The notes: generated by a model from the sequence alone, not told the origin. A DNA stretch of 64,000 nucleotides from Pseudomonadota bacterium (GCA_039028835.1 JBCCHK010000007.1:72371-136370), one strand, 5' to 3'. Positions 20,301-31,576 are shown, numbered from the stretch's first letter. A program made the numbers and translations.

Positions 20301-21203
20301 TTCCCGCAACAGATTGGGCTGGTTGCGCAAGCGGTGACGGCTGTAGCCGAGCGCGTGGATGAAGGAGCGGACAACCCGCTCGCCCAACGGACTGCACAGG
20401 ACGAAGCCAAAGCCCTTGCGGAAGGTCTGCCTGCCGTCGAAGCTCGGTTGCAGGCTCGTTATCGCATTTTTGGTGCCAAGCCTGGGGCCTATGGGGCGGG
20501 TTTGCAGACTTTGCTTGATGAAGACCTGTGGGAAGATGCAGGCGATCTTGCGAGGGCCTTCATCGCCTGGGGTGGCTATGCTTACGGTCAGGAGGGGTTT
20601 CTTGGCACAGCACCCGAGGCGTTGGAGCGACGGCTCGCACGGATCGATGCAGTCGTGCATAACCAGGATAACCGCGAGCATGACCTGCTCGATAGCGATG
20701 ATTACTATCAATTTGAAGGCGGGTTGGCGGTGACCGCGAGCCACCTGTCCGGGCGTCGTCCGACGGTCTATCACAACGACCATGCCCGTCCGCACAAGCC
20801 GATTATCCGCACCCTAGAAGAAGAGGTCGCGCGGGTGGTGCGTAGCCGAGTGGTGAACCCCAAATGGATCGCCTCGATCATGAGACATGGCTACAAGGGG
20901 GCTTTTGAAATGGCGGCGACGGTGGATTATCTGTTTGCCTTTGCGGCCACCACCGGGGCGGTGGCGGATCATCACTTCGATGCGGTGTTTGATGCCTATC
21001 TGGCTGATGAGGAGGTCCGGGCATTTTTAGAGCACGCCAACCCGGCCGCCGCGCGGGACATCGCACGTCGCCTTCTCCAAGCACAGGAACGCATGCTCTG
21101 GCGGCCTTTATCGAATCATGCCTATGATCTGCTCAGTCAATGGAGTCAGACTCTCGGCAAGCAATCGATCAAGAAATCGGTGCGCGTAGGGTCTGCAAAA
21201 TAA
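17370..21203 (+). CDS. cobN: cobaltochelatase large subunit CobN (CobN/Mg-chelatase H family)
   Basis: ~1270 aa with conserved PADLIFITAADSEL near the N-terminus. cobT is present in the window, so I call CobN rather than BchH. The start could be 17370 or as late as 17478. Confidence 0.8.
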   Translation: MPKGVCRFFSHIVLSQGARVHEIAGQGHALAGYRRRMPRQNPADLIFITAADSELACLAQARALMPAAPSALPPLTLAGIITDGLPDEASVNRYLMRMQSAARLVIARLIGGRAYWPHGVDGLVRMAAQTSCPLILLPGDGNEDPDLLRASTVDPAFRQRIWLYCQHGGTDNFRHMLASIQVFLAGRSPLQDRRLPPPKEMPRAGVYNQEKPDDAQSQNKPLATIVFYRALIGSGLTDPVDTLRDALRRQGFRTQALYIMSLKDETCGAFVAQQLAADPPAVIVNLTTFAVSSPGAWRQASPFDGVSAPVLQAIISGGSKRAWAAHAFGLSARDIAMNVALPEVDGRLMTRAVSFKQAQKTDSLVQYPLMTYQPDRGRARFVAQLARAWVRLRQTPVEKRRVAFVLGNYPNRDGRIGNGVGLDVPAAMMTCVKALAGEGYRIEGFPKTSEDLMAAMLAGPTNDLTRARDGGVRFSLAAYGKAFRRLPLALQRAVTARWGEPIKDPFVRDGDFVLAVKVYGHIAVGIQPARGYNIDPVAAVHDPDLVPPHGYFAFYFWLRKSWGMHGLVHLGKHGTAEWLPGKALALSARCYPEAVIGPTPLVYPFIVNDPGEGSQAKRRNAAVIIDHLTPPLTRAETYGPLRELEMLVDEYYEASAMDPHRAAHLREDIIALSRRTGLDKDSGLAGSRDDLVSQLDNYLCELKEAQIRDGLHIFGESPKGDSLHDLLVSLTRLPRGDGQGGDESILRAIARDLQLDGFDPLAADFAEPWAGPRPPALAQVSDDPWRTAGDTLERLERLARRYVEGCSAPSPGSASADVLARIDEAVRPAVIGSGQRELTGLLRGVRGDFVEPGPSGAPSRGRLDVLPTGRNFYSLDTRTVPTPTAWHIGWHSAQKLVQTHRERTGQWLRAIALTAWGTANMRTGGDDLAQALALMGVKPTWDTASRRVTGITVLPLSVLDRPRVDVTLRISGFFRDAFPQQIGLVAQAVTAVAERVDEGADNPLAQRTAQDEAKALAEGLPAVEARLQARYRIFGAKPGAYGAGLQTLLDEDLWEDAGDLARAFIAWGGYAYGQEGFLGTAPEALERRLARIDAVVHNQDNREHDLLDSDDYYQFEGGLAVTASHLSGRRPTVYHNDHARPHKPIIRTLEEEVARVVRSRVVNPKWIASIMRHGYKGAFEMAATVDYLFAFAATTGAVADHHFDAVFDAYLADEEVRAFLEHANPAAARDIARRLLQAQERMLWRPLSNHAYDLLSQWSQTLGKQSIKKSVRVGSAK

Positions 21204-22059
21204 TCCAGGTGGCCGTATCCATGACGATCCCGTGAGATTGGATTGTCGAGCGACCCGTGCGGGGATCGACCATGGGGCCTTTGTTGGCTAAGTCTTGATA
21301 GCCGGGCCCTTGGCGATCCATCCCTTGGTAACCCTGCTCTTGGTAACCCTGCTCTTGGGTCAAATCGGTGTTCCCTGGACCCGATGCCGCGTTGGGTGTG
21401 GCTTGGTATTGGGCAATGAGGTCGTCGGCTTGGCGCAAAGCATCGGAGATTTTTTCATTCATGAGGCGATAGACCTCGGTCACACTCCGGGGCTTGCCGT
21501 TGGGTAGGTTGAAAATGGACGGATTGGCCTTGGCAGCTTGCGGCAAGAGGTCCGCCGCAGGTTGAGAAGGATTACGGCTGATGGCCTTGAGCAAGGTGGT
21601 GGCCCCAGAAAGGCCAGCAAAATGACCGAGGTAGAGGTCCGTCGCGTTGGGTTCGCGCCCTAGGCTTGCGGCCAGGCCTCGGCGATTTTCGCCAACCAAC
21701 TCTAAGGCCATGGCGGTATTCAGGCGCGGGTCTTCGCGCAGGGCTAGGATTTCTTTCTCGCGCTTTTCGCTGGCGATGTGAATGTCGCCCTCAGGGGTCT
21801 TGCGCATGGCATTCACCAAATCAGAGAGCCCGTGGCTTCGGCCATACTTGTGGATCATGTTCAGCCAGGTGGCGCGGGTGAATTGGTGGAGCCCGCGGGC
21901 ACTGCTGGTGGTGGCCTGGGCGTCCGGGTTCAGGCTGCTTTCGCGGTTTGCTTGAGCGAGCATCATGCGAAAGCTCTCGCCGCCCTTTTTGCGCGTGGCG
22001 ATATCGATCGCTTGAATGACCTTGTGCTGATTGGGATTGAGCGAAGAAATAGCCATAGG
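21169..22059 (-). CDS. lytic transglycosylase (SLT domain) protein
   Basis: SLT motif ESSLNPDAQATTSSARGLHQFTRATW. The Gln/Gly/Tyr-rich C-terminal tail overlaps the cobN 3' end by 35 nt (convergent). Confidence 0.7.
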   Translation of the reverse strand, partial: PMAISSLNPNQHKVIQAIDIATRKKGGESFRMMLAQANRESSLNPDAQATTSSARGLHQFTRATWLNMIHKYGRSHGLSDLVNAMRKTPEGDIHIASEKREKEILALREDPRLNTAMALELVGENRRGLAASLGREPNATDLYLGHFAGLSGATTLLKAISRNPSQPAADLLPQAAKANPSIFNLPNGKPRSVTEVYRLMNEKISDALRQADDLIAQYQATPNAASGPGNTDLTQEQGYQEQGYQGMDRQGPGYQDLANKGPMVDPRTGRSTIQSHGIVMDTATWIILQTLRAPIS

Positions 22060-22303
22060 GAAGCCACCTAGACGAGAAAGTTGGCCTCCTCCTCGCAGAC
22101 GCATATCACGCCTTATAGACAGCCTATTATGCCAAGCGGATCGGCAAAGGTCAAAAATAGGTCAAAATCGCCCGTCATGACGGTGCGAACGCTTGACATG
22201 AGCCCCTCATCGGCATAAACCATGAAACAGCGCAGTCGTGAAACCGGCGGCGCACTCAGCAAGCCTTCACCGCCCCGCGGTTTTCCCGTGGGTGCGGTTC
22301 ATT

Positions 22304-22350
22304 GTTGTCTGTTGATAATCCTGATGTTGATAATTTCTCATTTGATAAGG
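22304..22350. repeat. 15-bp-periodic TGTTGATAAT / TTGATAA motifs (3 copies) in the rpsL leader
   Basis: gttgataat at 22311-22319 and 22326-22334, ttgataa at 22342-22348. Ends 10 nt before the rpsL ATG. Confidence 0.7.
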
Positions 22351-22357
22351 TGCGGCC

Positions 22358-22729
22358 ATGCCGACGATTAACCAACTGGTGCGCAAGCCCCGGCGGAAAA
22401 TAGCCAAGCGCAACAAAGTGCCAGCGTTGGTGGCTTGCCCCCAACGGCGCGGTGTGTGTACGCGGGTCTATACCACGACTCCAAAGAAACCAAACTCGGC
22501 CATGCGGAAGGTGGCACGGGTGCGCCTGACGAGTGGCTTTGAGGTGACCAGCTATATCCCCGGAGTGGGGCACAGTTTGCAAGAGCACTCGGTGGTGCTG
22601 GTGCGCGGCGGGCGGGTCAAGGATCTGCCTGGCGTGCGTTATCACACGGTGCGCGGCACTTTGGACACCCAAGGGGTGTCGGATCGTCGCCAGCGGCGCT
22701 CTAAGTACGGGGCGAAAAAGCCGAAGTAA
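22358..22729 (+). CDS. rpsL: 30S ribosomal protein S12
   Basis: [14 protein letters not shown]… canonical S12. Confidence 0.95.
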   Translation: MPTINQLVRKPRRKIAKRNKVPALVACPQRRGVCTRVYTTTPKKPNSAMRKVARVRLTSGFEVTSYIPGVGHSLQEHSVVLVRGGRVKDLPGVRYHTVRGTLDTQGVSDRRQRRSKYGAKKPK

Positions 22730-22780
22730 GTGCTGGCATAGGAACGCTACCGAAGAAAGAATCCCCCAGAAAGAATCTCA

Positions 22781-23251
22781 ATGTCCCGTCGTCGTCGCGC
22801 AGAAAAACGCCCCATTATCCCGGACCCTCGCTTTGGCAGTGAGGTTGTGAGCCGGTTCATCAGCAACGTCATGCAAGACGGTAAGAAGTCTGTTGCTGAG
22901 CGTATCGTCTATGGCGCGCTGGATAAGGCCGCGCAACTCGCCAAACGCAATTCGCTGGAGGTGTTTCAAGACGCCCTGGATAACGTCAAGCCGCAGGTCG
23001 AGGTGCGCTCGCGCCGGGTCGGTGGGGCGACCTATCAGGTGCCGGTGGAAGTGCGGGTAACCCGAGCCCAGGCTCTGGCCATTCGCTGGCTCACCAAGTC
23101 CGCCCAAGCGCGCTCGGAAAACACCATGGTCGAGCGATTGGGTAAAGAGTTTTTTGATGCCTCGATGCAACGAGGGGCCGCCGTTAAAAAGCGTGAAGAT
23201 ACCCACAAGATGGCAGAGGCAAATAAAGCCTTTGCTCATTATCGTTGGTAA
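22781..23251 (+). CDS. rpsG: 30S ribosomal protein S7
   Basis: Canonical S7 ([20 protein letters not shown]…). Confidence 0.95.
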   Translation: MSRRRRAEKRPIIPDPRFGSEVVSRFISNVMQDGKKSVAERIVYGALDKAAQLAKRNSLEVFQDALDNVKPQVEVRSRRVGGATYQVPVEVRVTRAQALAIRWLTKSAQARSENTMVERLGKEFFDASMQRGAAVKKREDTHKMAEANKAFAHYRW

Positions 23252-23278
23252 GCCCCCGCGCCTTAGGAATAAAGTGTT

Positions 23279-25345
23279 ATGAGCGTCAAGTCCACGCCCC
23301 TCGGTCGCTATCGCAATATCGGCATCATGGCCCATATCGATGCCGGGAAAACCACCACGACCGAACGGATCCTTTATTATACCGGACGCTCCCATAAAAT
23401 CGGTGAGGTGCACGAAGGTGCCGCCACCATGGACTGGATGGAACAAGAGCAGGAGCGAGGGATCACGATCACCTCGGCGGCGACGACCTGCTATTGGCAA
23501 GACCATCGCATCAATATCATCGATACACCTGGCCACGTGGACTTTACCATCGAGGTGGAACGCTCCCTGCGCGTCTTGGATGGTGCGGTGGCGGTGTTTG
23601 ATGCGGTTGCAGGTGTAGAGCCCCAATCCGAAACAGTCTGGCGGCAGGCTGATAAATACAACGTTCCGCGCATTTGCTTTATCAATAAGATGGACCGGAT
23701 CGGCGCCGACTATAAACGAACCTTTGACATGATTATCGACCGTCTCGGTGCCAAGCCGGTGCTGATGCAGTTGCCCATCGGGGTCGAGGCGGACTTTGTT
23801 GGGGTGGTGGATATTATCGCGCGTAAGGCCTACGTCTGGCGGGATGAGGAATTGGGCGCGAAGTTCGATGAAAAACCCGTGCCTGATAACTTGGTGGATG
23901 AGGTGGAAGCCCAGCGCGCCCAGCTCATCGAGACGGTGGTCGAGTATGATGATGCGGCCCTTGAGGCGTACCTAGAAGGTGCCGAACCTGATGAAGATGT
24001 CCTGCGCGCCTGTGTCCGGGCGGGCACGACCAGCTCAGCGATTGTGCCTGTTTTTGTCGGGAGTGCCTTTAAGAACAAGGGAGTCCAGCCCCTTCTTGAT
24101 GCGGTGGTGGGTTACTTGCCCTCGCCGCTGGATGTGGGGGAAATCAAGTCCGCCGACGGCCAGACAACCCGCGCTCCTGATGCCAAAGCGCCGTTTTCGG
24201 CTCTTGCCTTTAAGATTATGAACGATCCCTATGTCGGGTCTTTGACCTTTGCGCGGGTTTATTCAGGCACCCTTGAGTCTGGCTCTACCGTGCTCAACAG
24301 CGCGCGCGAGGGCAAAGAGCGGATTGGCCGGATGCTGCTGATGCATGCCAATTCACGCGAAGAAATTAAAACCGCCACCGCAGGTGATATCGTCGGCCTG
24401 GTCGGTATGAAGAACACCAACACAGGCGATACCTTGTGCGATACGTCCGCACCGGTGTTGCTCGAGCGTATGGAGTTCCCCGATCCGGTGATCGAAGTGG
24501 CGGTGGAAGCAAAGTCCAAAGCCGATCAAGAAAAAATGTCCGAAGCCCTCCAGCGGCTGGCGAAAGAGGACCCGTCTTTTAGGGTGTCGGTCGATCACGA
24601 AAGCGGTCAGACCATCATCAAAGGCATGGGCGAGTTGCACTTGGATATCATTGTGGATCGCATGAAGCGTGAGTTTAAGGTGAACGCCGATGTGGGCGCG
24701 CCTCAGGTGGCGTACCGTGAGTCCATTGCGGCCAGCGCAGATATCGACTACACCCACAAGAAGCAAACCGGCGGCGCGGGGCAGTTTGCCCGGATCATTA
24801 TGAAGTTTGAGCCGTTGGATCGGGGTAGCGGGATCGTTTTTGAGCAAAAAATTGTCGGCGGCAATGTGCCGCGCGAATACATACCGTCGGTCGAAAAAGG
24901 TATAAGATCGGCAGCAGATTCCGGTATTCTTGCCGGGTATCCAATGGTTGATCTCCAGGTTACGCTGCTGGATGGCGCGTACCACGACGTGGACTCCTCA
25001 GCCATGGCTTTTGAGATTGCATCGCGGGCAGCCTTCCGCGATGGGATCAAAAAGGCCAAACCCCACCTGCTAGAGCCGATGATGCGCGTCGAAGTGGTCA
25101 CGCCGGAAGACTACATGGGCGATATTATCGGCGATCTGAATAGTCGGCGGGGACAAGTCTCGACAATGGACTCGCAAGGCAACGCCCGCGTGATTAGCGC
25201 GATTGTGCCCCTGAGCACCATGTTTGGGTACGTCAATACGCTTCGGTCGCTGTCCCAAGGACGGGCGCAGTATTCAATGTTCTTTGATCATTATGCGCAA
25301 GTCCCGAGAACGGTGGCCGATGAACTTCTGGCCCAAACGGGCTAA
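23279..25345 (+). CDS. fusA: elongation factor G
   Basis: G domain [21 protein letters not shown]; 688 aa. Confidence 0.95.
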   Translation: MSVKSTPLGRYRNIGIMAHIDAGKTTTTERILYYTGRSHKIGEVHEGAATMDWMEQEQERGITITSAATTCYWQDHRINIIDTPGHVDFTIEVERSLRVLDGAVAVFDAVAGVEPQSETVWRQADKYNVPRICFINKMDRIGADYKRTFDMIIDRLGAKPVLMQLPIGVEADFVGVVDIIARKAYVWRDEELGAKFDEKPVPDNLVDEVEAQRAQLIETVVEYDDAALEAYLEGAEPDEDVLRACVRAGTTSSAIVPVFVGSAFKNKGVQPLLDAVVGYLPSPLDVGEIKSADGQTTRAPDAKAPFSALAFKIMNDPYVGSLTFARVYSGTLESGSTVLNSAREGKERIGRMLLMHANSREEIKTATAGDIVGLVGMKNTNTGDTLCDTSAPVLLERMEFPDPVIEVAVEAKSKADQEKMSEALQRLAKEDPSFRVSVDHESGQTIIKGMGELHLDIIVDRMKREFKVNADVGAPQVAYRESIAASADIDYTHKKQTGGAGQFARIIMKFEPLDRGSGIVFEQKIVGGNVPREYIPSVEKGIRSAADSGILAGYPMVDLQVTLLDGAYHDVDSSAMAFEIASRAAFRDGIKKAKPHLLEPMMRVEVVTPEDYMGDIIGDLNSRRGQVSTMDSQGNARVISAIVPLSTMFGYVNTLRSLSQGRAQYSMFFDHYAQVPRTVADELLAQTG

Positions 25346-25384
25346 CCACATGTACATTCGTTAATTCGTTAAGGGTAGAAGAAC

Positions 25385-26575
25385 ATGGCAAAAGAAAAAT
25401 TTGAGCGTAATAAGCCCCACATCAATGTGGGAACGATCGGCCACGTGGATCACGGGAAAACGACCCTGACCGCGGCGATCACCAAGGTGCTATCGGAAGC
25501 AGGCGGGGCGGAATACCAAGCCTATGACAGCATCGATAAAGCGCCAGAAGAAAAAGAACGGGGAATCACCATTTCCACCGCGCACGTAGAATACGAAACA
25601 GAAAATCGTCACTACGCGCACGTGGATTGTCCCGGTCATGCTGACTACGTCAAGAACATGATTACCGGTGCCGCCCAGATGGATGGCGCGATTTTGGTGG
25701 TCTCGGCGGCCGATGGTCCCATGCCGCAAACCCGGGAGCACATCGTCCTGGCTCGCCAAGTGGGGGTGCCCGCTTTGGTTGTCTATCTTAATAAGGTCGA
25801 TCAGGTCGATGATCCTGAGTTGTTAGAGTTGGTCGAGCTCGAAGTGCGGGAGTTGTTGTCGAACTACGATTTCCCGGGCGATGATATTCCGATTATCACC
25901 GGCTCGGCTCTTGCGGCGATCGAAGATGGTGACGTAGAAAAAGGGGCCGAGTCTATCAAGAAGTTGATGGCCGCGGTGGATGAGTACGTGCCAACCCCCG
26001 AGCGCGCTGTCGATCAGCCGTTCTTGATGCCGATTGAGGATGTGTTTTCTATCTCTGGTCGGGGCACGGTTGTCACCGGCCGGATCGAAAGCGGCAAAGT
26101 CAGTGTCGGCGACGAAATAGAAATCGTCGGGATTAAGGACACCACCACCACCACGTGTACCGGCGTTGAAATGTTCCGTAAACTGCTCGACAGCGGTGAG
26201 GCGGGCGATAACGTTGGTGTGCTCTTGCGCGGTACCAAGCGCGATGAGGTGGAGCGTGGCCAAGTTCTCTCAAAGCCCGGATCGATCAAGCCGCACACCA
26301 AGTTTGATGCCGAGGCCTATATCCTCACCAAAGAGGAGGGCGGTCGTCATACGCCGTTTTTTACCAACTATCGTCCACAATTCTATTTCCGTACGACCGA
26401 CGTCACCGGCGTTGTAGAGCTCGCCAAGGGCACGGAAATGGTCATGCCGGGGGATAACACCGCGATCACGGTGACCTTGATTGCGCCTATCGCTATGGAT
26501 GAGGGCGTGCGCTTTGCCATTCGCGAAGGCGGCCGCACCGTAGGCGCGGGCGTTGTCACCAAGATTCACGAGTAG
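25385..26575 (+). CDS. tuf: elongation factor Tu
   Basis: [22 protein letters not shown]; 396 aa. Confidence 0.95.
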   Translation: MAKEKFERNKPHINVGTIGHVDHGKTTLTAAITKVLSEAGGAEYQAYDSIDKAPEEKERGITISTAHVEYETENRHYAHVDCPGHADYVKNMITGAAQMDGAILVVSAADGPMPQTREHIVLARQVGVPALVVYLNKVDQVDDPELLELVELEVRELLSNYDFPGDDIPIITGSALAAIEDGDVEKGAESIKKLMAAVDEYVPTPERAVDQPFLMPIEDVFSISGRGTVVTGRIESGKVSVGDEIEIVGIKDTTTTTCTGVEMFRKLLDSGEAGDNVGVLLRGTKRDEVERGQVLSKPGSIKPHTKFDAEAYILTKEEGGRHTPFFTNYRPQFYFRTTDVTGVVELAKGTEMVMPGDNTAITVTLIAPIAMDEGVRFAIREGGRTVGAGVVTKIHE

Positions 26576-26588
26576 ATCGTAGCGCGTT

Positions 26589-26897
26589 ATGGACCGTAAT
26601 ATCCGCATCCGCCTGAAGGCCTTCGATCAACGGGTTTTGGATCTGTCGACCGGGGAAATCGTCAACACCGCACGACGGACCGGCGCGAAAGTGCGTGGTC
26701 CCGTGCCGTTGCCGACACGGCGCGAGTCGTGGACGATTTTGCGTTCGCCGCACGTGGATAAGAAATCTCGTGATCAGTACGAGATTCGCACCCACAAGCG
26801 GTTGCTGGATATTCTCGATCCAACGCCCGAGACAATCACGGCCCTGTCCAAGCTAGAACTTGCGGCGGGGGTTGATGTGGAGATTAAGCAGGTATGA
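26589..26897 (+). CDS. rpsJ: 30S ribosomal protein S10
   Basis: [14 protein letters not shown]… canonical S10. Confidence 0.9.
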   Translation: MDRNIRIRLKAFDQRVLDLSTGEIVNTARRTGAKVRGPVPLPTRRESWTILRSPHVDKKSRDQYEIRTHKRLLDILDPTPETITALSKLELAAGVDVEIKQV

Positions 26898-27847
26898 GAA
26901 CCGGAGTGATTGCCACTAAGCTGGGCATGAGTCGGGTTTTTGACGATTCAGGTCAGCACATTGCGGTGACCTTGTTGCACATGGATGACGTTCAGGTCAT
27001 CAAAGCTGACAAGCAGCCCGGCGGCTCGTCTGTCCAGCTAGGCGCAGGGCAGGTTGCCAAGCCTTCCCGGCTGTCGGCGTCGGTGCGCGGCATTTTTGCC
27101 GCCGCCGGGGTGCCTGCCAAGCGTAAGCTGGCGTCCTTTAAGGTGGCTGATGATGCGGTGTTGGATGTGGGCAGTCGTCTTTCGCCTGAACATTTCATCC
27201 CCGGTCAGCGCGTCGATGTGACGGGCATCTCGATCGGCAAGGGCTTTGCCGGTTCGATGAAGCGTCATAATTTTGGCGGCATGCGTGCCTCGCACGGTGT
27301 GTCGGTCTCCCACCGCGCGCACGGCTCGACCGGCGGTTGTCAGGACCCAGGTCGCGTCTTTAAGGGCAAGAAAATGGCCGGGCACATGGGCTATGCGCGG
27401 GTGACCGTGCAAAACCTCAAGGTCGTCGATATCGATACCGAGCGTAGTGTCATCGCGGTCGAGGGCAGTGTGCCTGGGCCGCGCGGCGGTTGGTTGCTTT
27501 TAAGGGATGCGGTGAAGGTACCGCGCCCCGAGCAAGCCCCCTGGCCTGCAGGTCTTATCAAGGAAGGCGGGGTGAACCAAGACGCCACACAAGACACCAA
27601 CCAAGACTTGCCAAAAGATACGCCCACCGAAAAAGGGGGCGTTCAAGAAGATAGAAAAGACGCGAAACAAAACACCAAGCAAGACACGAAACAAGACACC
27701 AAGCAAGAGGTATCTCAAGACGCGCCGCAGGACGGTAAGAAAGAGCATAAAAAGCAGGCTGAAAAGACAGACGCCGTGCAAGCCACGCTCGAAGATAAGA
27801 AACAAGACAAGACCCAAGACGATGCCAGTAAGGGTAAGCAAGGGTAG
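26894..27847 (+). CDS. rplC: 50S ribosomal protein L3 with a ~95-aa Lys/Gln/Asp/Thr-rich C-terminal extension
   Basis: L3 core to ~nt 27540, then a [10 protein letters not shown]-type repetitive tail before the stop. 317 aa against a usual ~210-240. Confidence 0.9.
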   Translation: MRTGVIATKLGMSRVFDDSGQHIAVTLLHMDDVQVIKADKQPGGSSVQLGAGQVAKPSRLSASVRGIFAAAGVPAKRKLASFKVADDAVLDVGSRLSPEHFIPGQRVDVTGISIGKGFAGSMKRHNFGGMRASHGVSVSHRAHGSTGGCQDPGRVFKGKKMAGHMGYARVTVQNLKVVDIDTERSVIAVEGSVPGPRGGWLLLRDAVKVPRPEQAPWPAGLIKEGGVNQDATQDTNQDLPKDTPTEKGGVQEDRKDAKQNTKQDTKQDTKQEVSQDAPQDGKKEHKKQAEKTDAVQATLEDKKQDKTQDDASKGKQG

Positions 27848-27853
27848 CGAATT

Positions 27854-28513
27854 ATGAAGGCCGCCATACACTCCTGGGATAGCAAATCCACCGGCCAGCT
27901 TGAGCTAGATGACCGGGTGTTTGCGCTTGCTCCAGAGCGCACCTTACTCAATCTGGTGGTGCGCTGGCAACGGGCTCGCGCACGCGCCGGCACCCATAAA
28001 ACCAAAGAGCTCAGCGATGTACGCGGTTCCACCCGCAAGCCTCATAAGCAAAAGGGCACGGGCCGTGCTCGGGCGGGTAGCATTCGGGTCGCCCATTGGC
28101 GCGGCGGGGCGACGGTGTTTGGTCCGCGGGTACGCTCTCATGGCTTTAAGCTGCCGAAAAAGATGGTGAGCCTTGCGCTCGCACAAGCACTCTCAGACAA
28201 GGCGGCGAACGATCAGCTGGTGGTGGTCGATAAGGCGCAAGCCGAGACCCCGAAAGTGGCCGGGATGAAGAAAAAGATAGAAAAGTTACTCGGCACAACG
28301 GGCACGAATTTGATTATTGATACGACGATTGATGATAACTTTCGCCTGTCCACGCGCAACATCTCAAAAGTCGACGTGTTGCCAGTCGGCGGCGCGAATG
28401 TCTATGACATTTTGCGTCATGATCGTCTGGTGCTTACGGTTGCCGCAGTAGAAGCTCTATCGGCGCGGCTAACCAAGGCGCGCAAGGGTCGGGGGGAGGC
28501 GGATCATGGCTGA
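27854..28513 (+). CDS. rplD: 50S ribosomal protein L4
   Basis: Canonical L4 similarity. Confidence 0.9.
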   Translation: MKAAIHSWDSKSTGQLELDDRVFALAPERTLLNLVVRWQRARARAGTHKTKELSDVRGSTRKPHKQKGTGRARAGSIRVAHWRGGATVFGPRVRSHGFKLPKKMVSLALAQALSDKAANDQLVVVDKAQAETPKVAGMKKKIEKLLGTTGTNLIIDTTIDDNFRLSTRNISKVDVLPVGGANVYDILRHDRLVLTVAAVEALSARLTKARKGRGEADHG

Positions 28514-28817
28514 TCAAAAACCAACCGCAACGGCGTTTGACTATACCGTGATTCGCGCTCCGGCAGTGACAGAAAAATCGACCTTCGTCTCGCAGTTTAA
28601 CCAAACTATTTTCTATGTCGATCTCGATGCCACCAAAGCGCAAATCAAGCAAGCGGTTCAGCGTATTTTCGGGGTCGAGGTTATCGGTGTGAATACAATC
28701 CGGCAAAAGGGTAAGACCAAGCGGTTTCGCAACACCTTAGGGCGTCGCAAAGATACGAAAAAAGCAATCGTCACCCTTAAGCAGGGTCAGACGATCGATA
28801 TCACAGGAGGAGCCTGA
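28506..28817 (+). CDS. rplW: 50S ribosomal protein L23
   Basis: Canonical L23 similarity. Confidence 0.9.
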   Translation: MADQKPTATAFDYTVIRAPAVTEKSTFVSQFNQTIFYVDLDATKAQIKQAVQRIFGVEVIGVNTIRQKGKTKRFRNTLGRRKDTKKAIVTLKQGQTIDITGGA

Positions 28818-29656
28818 TGCCGCTTAAGTCCATTAAGCCCACGACGCCGGGTCAGCGCGATCTGGTCATCGTCTCGCGCGCGGGGCTCCATAAGGGGCCG
28901 CCGGTCAAGGCCCTCACGCGCGGGCTCAAGAAAACCGGCGGGCGGAACAACACCGGGCGCATTACTGTGCGCCACCGCGGTCAGGGGCACAAACGCGCCT
29001 ATCGTCAGGTGGACTTTCGCCGTAACCGTTTCGGTCAGAGCGCCAAGGTCATTCGCCTTGAATACGATCCCGGACGGTCGGCGCATATCGCTCTGGTGGA
29101 TTACGGCGAGAATGATTTTTCCTACATCCTCGCCCCTGCGGGGCTCAAGGCCGGGGATCAGGTGGTCTCCAGCGATAAAGAGCAAGTGGACATTCGCCCT
29201 GGCAATGCTATGCCTTTACGGGTCATTCCTGTTGGCAGCATCGTGCACAACATCGAACTCAAGCCCGGCGGCGGGGGTCGCATGGCGCGCGCGGCGGGCT
29301 CCTCAGCGCAACTTGCCGGGCACGATGGGGGGCGCGCCCAGCTCAAACTTTCATCCGGTGAATTGCGAATGGTCGACAGCCGTTGCATGGCCACGGTCGG
29401 CACGGTGTCTAACTCAGATCATCAAAATGTTAACCATGGTAAGGCTGGGCGCAATCGCTGGCGGGGTCGTCGTCCGACGGTTCGTGGCGTGGCGATGAAT
29501 CCGGTGGATCACCCGCACGGTGGTGGTGAAGGTCGTACTTCAGGCGGTCGTCACCCGGTGACGCCCTGGGGCAAGCCGACCAAGGGTTACCGCACCCGCC
29601 CCCGTAAAAAGGCCTCGGATCGAATGATTATTCGCCGCCGTCATAGGAGGAAATAA
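28817..29656 (+). CDS. rplB: 50S ribosomal protein L2
   Basis: Canonical L2 (…[28 protein letters not shown]…). Confidence 0.95.
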   Translation: MPLKSIKPTTPGQRDLVIVSRAGLHKGPPVKALTRGLKKTGGRNNTGRITVRHRGQGHKRAYRQVDFRRNRFGQSAKVIRLEYDPGRSAHIALVDYGENDFSYILAPAGLKAGDQVVSSDKEQVDIRPGNAMPLRVIPVGSIVHNIELKPGGGGRMARAAGSSAQLAGHDGGRAQLKLSSGELRMVDSRCMATVGTVSNSDHQNVNHGKAGRNRWRGRRPTVRGVAMNPVDHPHGGGEGRTSGGRHPVTPWGKPTKGYRTRPRKKASDRMIIRRRHRRK

Positions 29657-29659
29657 GGC

Positions 29660-29938
29660 ATGGCCCGCTCGATATGGAAAGGTCCTTTTGTGGACGGGTA
29701 TTTGCTGAAAAAAGCAGCGGCCGCCCGCGAGTCTGGTCGCAACAACGTGATTCGTATTTTCTCGCGTCGGTCGACGATCGTGCCCCAGTTTGTAGGTTTG
29801 ACCTTCGGGGTGCACAACGGTCACAAGTTCATCCCGGTGCTGGTCTCGGAAAACATGGTCGGCCACAAGTTCGGCGAGTTTGCGCCGACCCGCACCTATT
29901 ATGGTCATGCGGCAGACAAGAAGGCGAAAAGGAAGTAG
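29660..29938 (+). CDS. rpsS: 30S ribosomal protein S19
   Basis: [12 protein letters not shown]… canonical S19. Confidence 0.95.
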   Translation: MARSIWKGPFVDGYLLKKAAAARESGRNNVIRIFSRRSTIVPQFVGLTFGVHNGHKFIPVLVSENMVGHKFGEFAPTRTYYGHAADKKAKRK

Positions 29939-29941
29939 GCC

Positions 29942-30286
29942 ATGGCTACGCAGACCGCCCGCTCGGTAACCCGTCTTATTCCCGGTAGCCCGCAAAAACT
30001 CAACGTGGTGGCGCAAATGATCCGCCGTCGCCCGGTTTTTCTGGCCTTAGCGGATTTGCGCTTTTCTCGCCGCAGGGTTGCAGGCGTGGTCTATAAAGCG
30101 TTACAGTCAGCCATTGCCAACGCCGAGAATAACCACGCGATGAACGTGGATCGTCTTGTGGTTGCGGAGGCTTACGTTGGGAAATCACTCACCTTAAAGC
30201 GCTTTCGGGCGCGGGCACGTGGGCGCGTCGGGCGCATCATGAAGCCCTTTTCGCGTCTGACGATTGTCGTCAAAGAAGAGGAATAA
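29942..30286 (+). CDS. rplV: 50S ribosomal protein L22
   Basis: L22 similarity and its position between rpsS and rpsC. Confidence 0.9.
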   Translation: MATQTARSVTRLIPGSPQKLNVVAQMIRRRPVFLALADLRFSRRRVAGVVYKALQSAIANAENNHAMNVDRLVVAEAYVGKSLTLKRFRARARGRVGRIMKPFSRLTIVVKEEE

Positions 30287-30288
30287 CC

Positions 30289-30963
30289 ATGGGACAAAAA
30301 GTTAGCCCCATTAGTTTTCGTATTGGCGTCATCCGCGATTGCGACTCGCGCTGGTTTGCAACGAAGGACTACGCTGACCGTCTGCACGAGGACTTGCGGA
30401 TTCGTAAGTTCTTAGACAAACGTCTCGCGCAGGCCTCGGTGGGACAGATCGTCATCGAGCGGCCCCACCGGCAAGCGCGGATCACCATTCACACCGCTCG
30501 GCCCGGCATCGTGATCGGCAAGAAGGGCGCGGATTTGGAAAAACTTCGGCAGGACCTTGTCAAGTTCGTTGTTGGCGAGCTCTCCCTTAATGTGGTGGAG
30601 CTACGCAAGCCGGACCTTAACGCTGTGATCGTCGCCGAAAGTGTGGCGCGCCAGCTCGAACGCCGGGTCACTGTGCGCCGGGCCATGAAGCGGGCGATCC
30701 AAAATGCTCAGCGCGTCGGTGCGGGCGGTATTCGCATTAACTGCGCGGGTCGCTTGGGCGGTGCGGAAATCGCGCGCACCGAATGGTATCGCGAGGGTCG
30801 TGTTCCCCTGCATACCTTGCGCGCTGATGTCGACTATGGTCAGGCCACGGCGATGACAACCTATGGCACCTGTGGGGTCAAGGTATGGATTTTCCGTGGC
30901 GAGATTTTAGGCGCTCAGGCCAAAGAAGAACGCCGGATGGAGATGGATCATGCTGTCACCTAA
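30289..30963 (+). CDS. rpsC: 30S ribosomal protein S3
   Basis: KH domain and canonical S3. Confidence 0.95.
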   Translation: MGQKVSPISFRIGVIRDCDSRWFATKDYADRLHEDLRIRKFLDKRLAQASVGQIVIERPHRQARITIHTARPGIVIGKKGADLEKLRQDLVKFVVGELSLNVVELRKPDLNAVIVAESVARQLERRVTVRRAMKRAIQNAQRVGAGGIRINCAGRLGGAEIARTEWYREGRVPLHTLRADVDYGQATAMTTYGTCGVKVWIFRGEILGAQAKEERRMEMDHAVT

Positions 30964-31363
30964 ACGCAGTAAATATAGAAAACAGCAAAAGGGGCGGCTT
31001 AAGGGTGTTGCCACCGGTGGCGTGGACTTGAACTTTGGTTCTTGTGGTCTTAAGGCCGTGAGCCCCGCGCGGATCACAGCGCGGCAGATCGAAGCCGCGC
31101 GACGGGCCATCACCCGCCACATTCGCCGACAAGGGCGGGTGTGGATTCGCGTGTTTCCCGATGTGCCGGTCTCACAAAAACCGACCGAGGTGCGCATGGG
31201 CAAGGGCAAAGGGAGTCCCGAATATTGGATGTGCCGGGTCAAGCCTGGGCGCATCTTATTTGAATTGGAAGGCGTGGAAGACGCCATCGCACGGCGTGCG
31301 TTTGAGTTGGCAAGCTATAAGTTGCCGCTTGCGTGTCGCTTTATTACCCGAGAAGGCCAATGA
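30950..31363 (+). CDS. rplP: 50S ribosomal protein L16
   Basis: [16 protein letters not shown]… canonical L16. Confidence 0.95.
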   Translation: MLSPKRSKYRKQQKGRLKGVATGGVDLNFGSCGLKAVSPARITARQIEAARRAITRHIRRQGRVWIRVFPDVPVSQKPTEVRMGKGKGSPEYWMCRVKPGRILFELEGVEDAIARRAFELASYKLPLACRFITREGQ

Positions 31364-31575
31364 AAATCGCTGACCTCAAAGACCAGTCTTTGCAGCAGCT
31401 GCGCGGTCACCTCACGGACATGCGCAAGCAACAGTTTAACCTGCGGGTTCAGCGTGCCACCGGCCAGCTGGAAAAATCTCACGAGCTTGCCAAAGTGCGG
31501 CGCGATATCGCCCGCGTGCAAACCATGATTGCCGTTCAGCGCAACGCACAATCCCGACAAGAGGGTCAGTCCTGA
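31360..31575 (+). CDS. rpmC: 50S ribosomal protein L29
   Basis: [18 protein letters not shown]…; the ATG at 31360 overlaps the rplP stop. Confidence 0.85.
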   Translation: MKIADLKDQSLQQLRGHLTDMRKQQFNLRVQRATGQLEKSHELAKVRRDIARVQTMIAVQRNAQSRQEGQS

Positions 31576-31576
31576 T

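Noticed and set aside
27580-27840. Repetitive aagacaccaagcaagaca tract as a possible CRISPR or mini-satellite
   Set aside because: The repeats are contiguous, imperfect and in-frame, and they encode the KQDT low-complexity tail of L3. There are no spacers.
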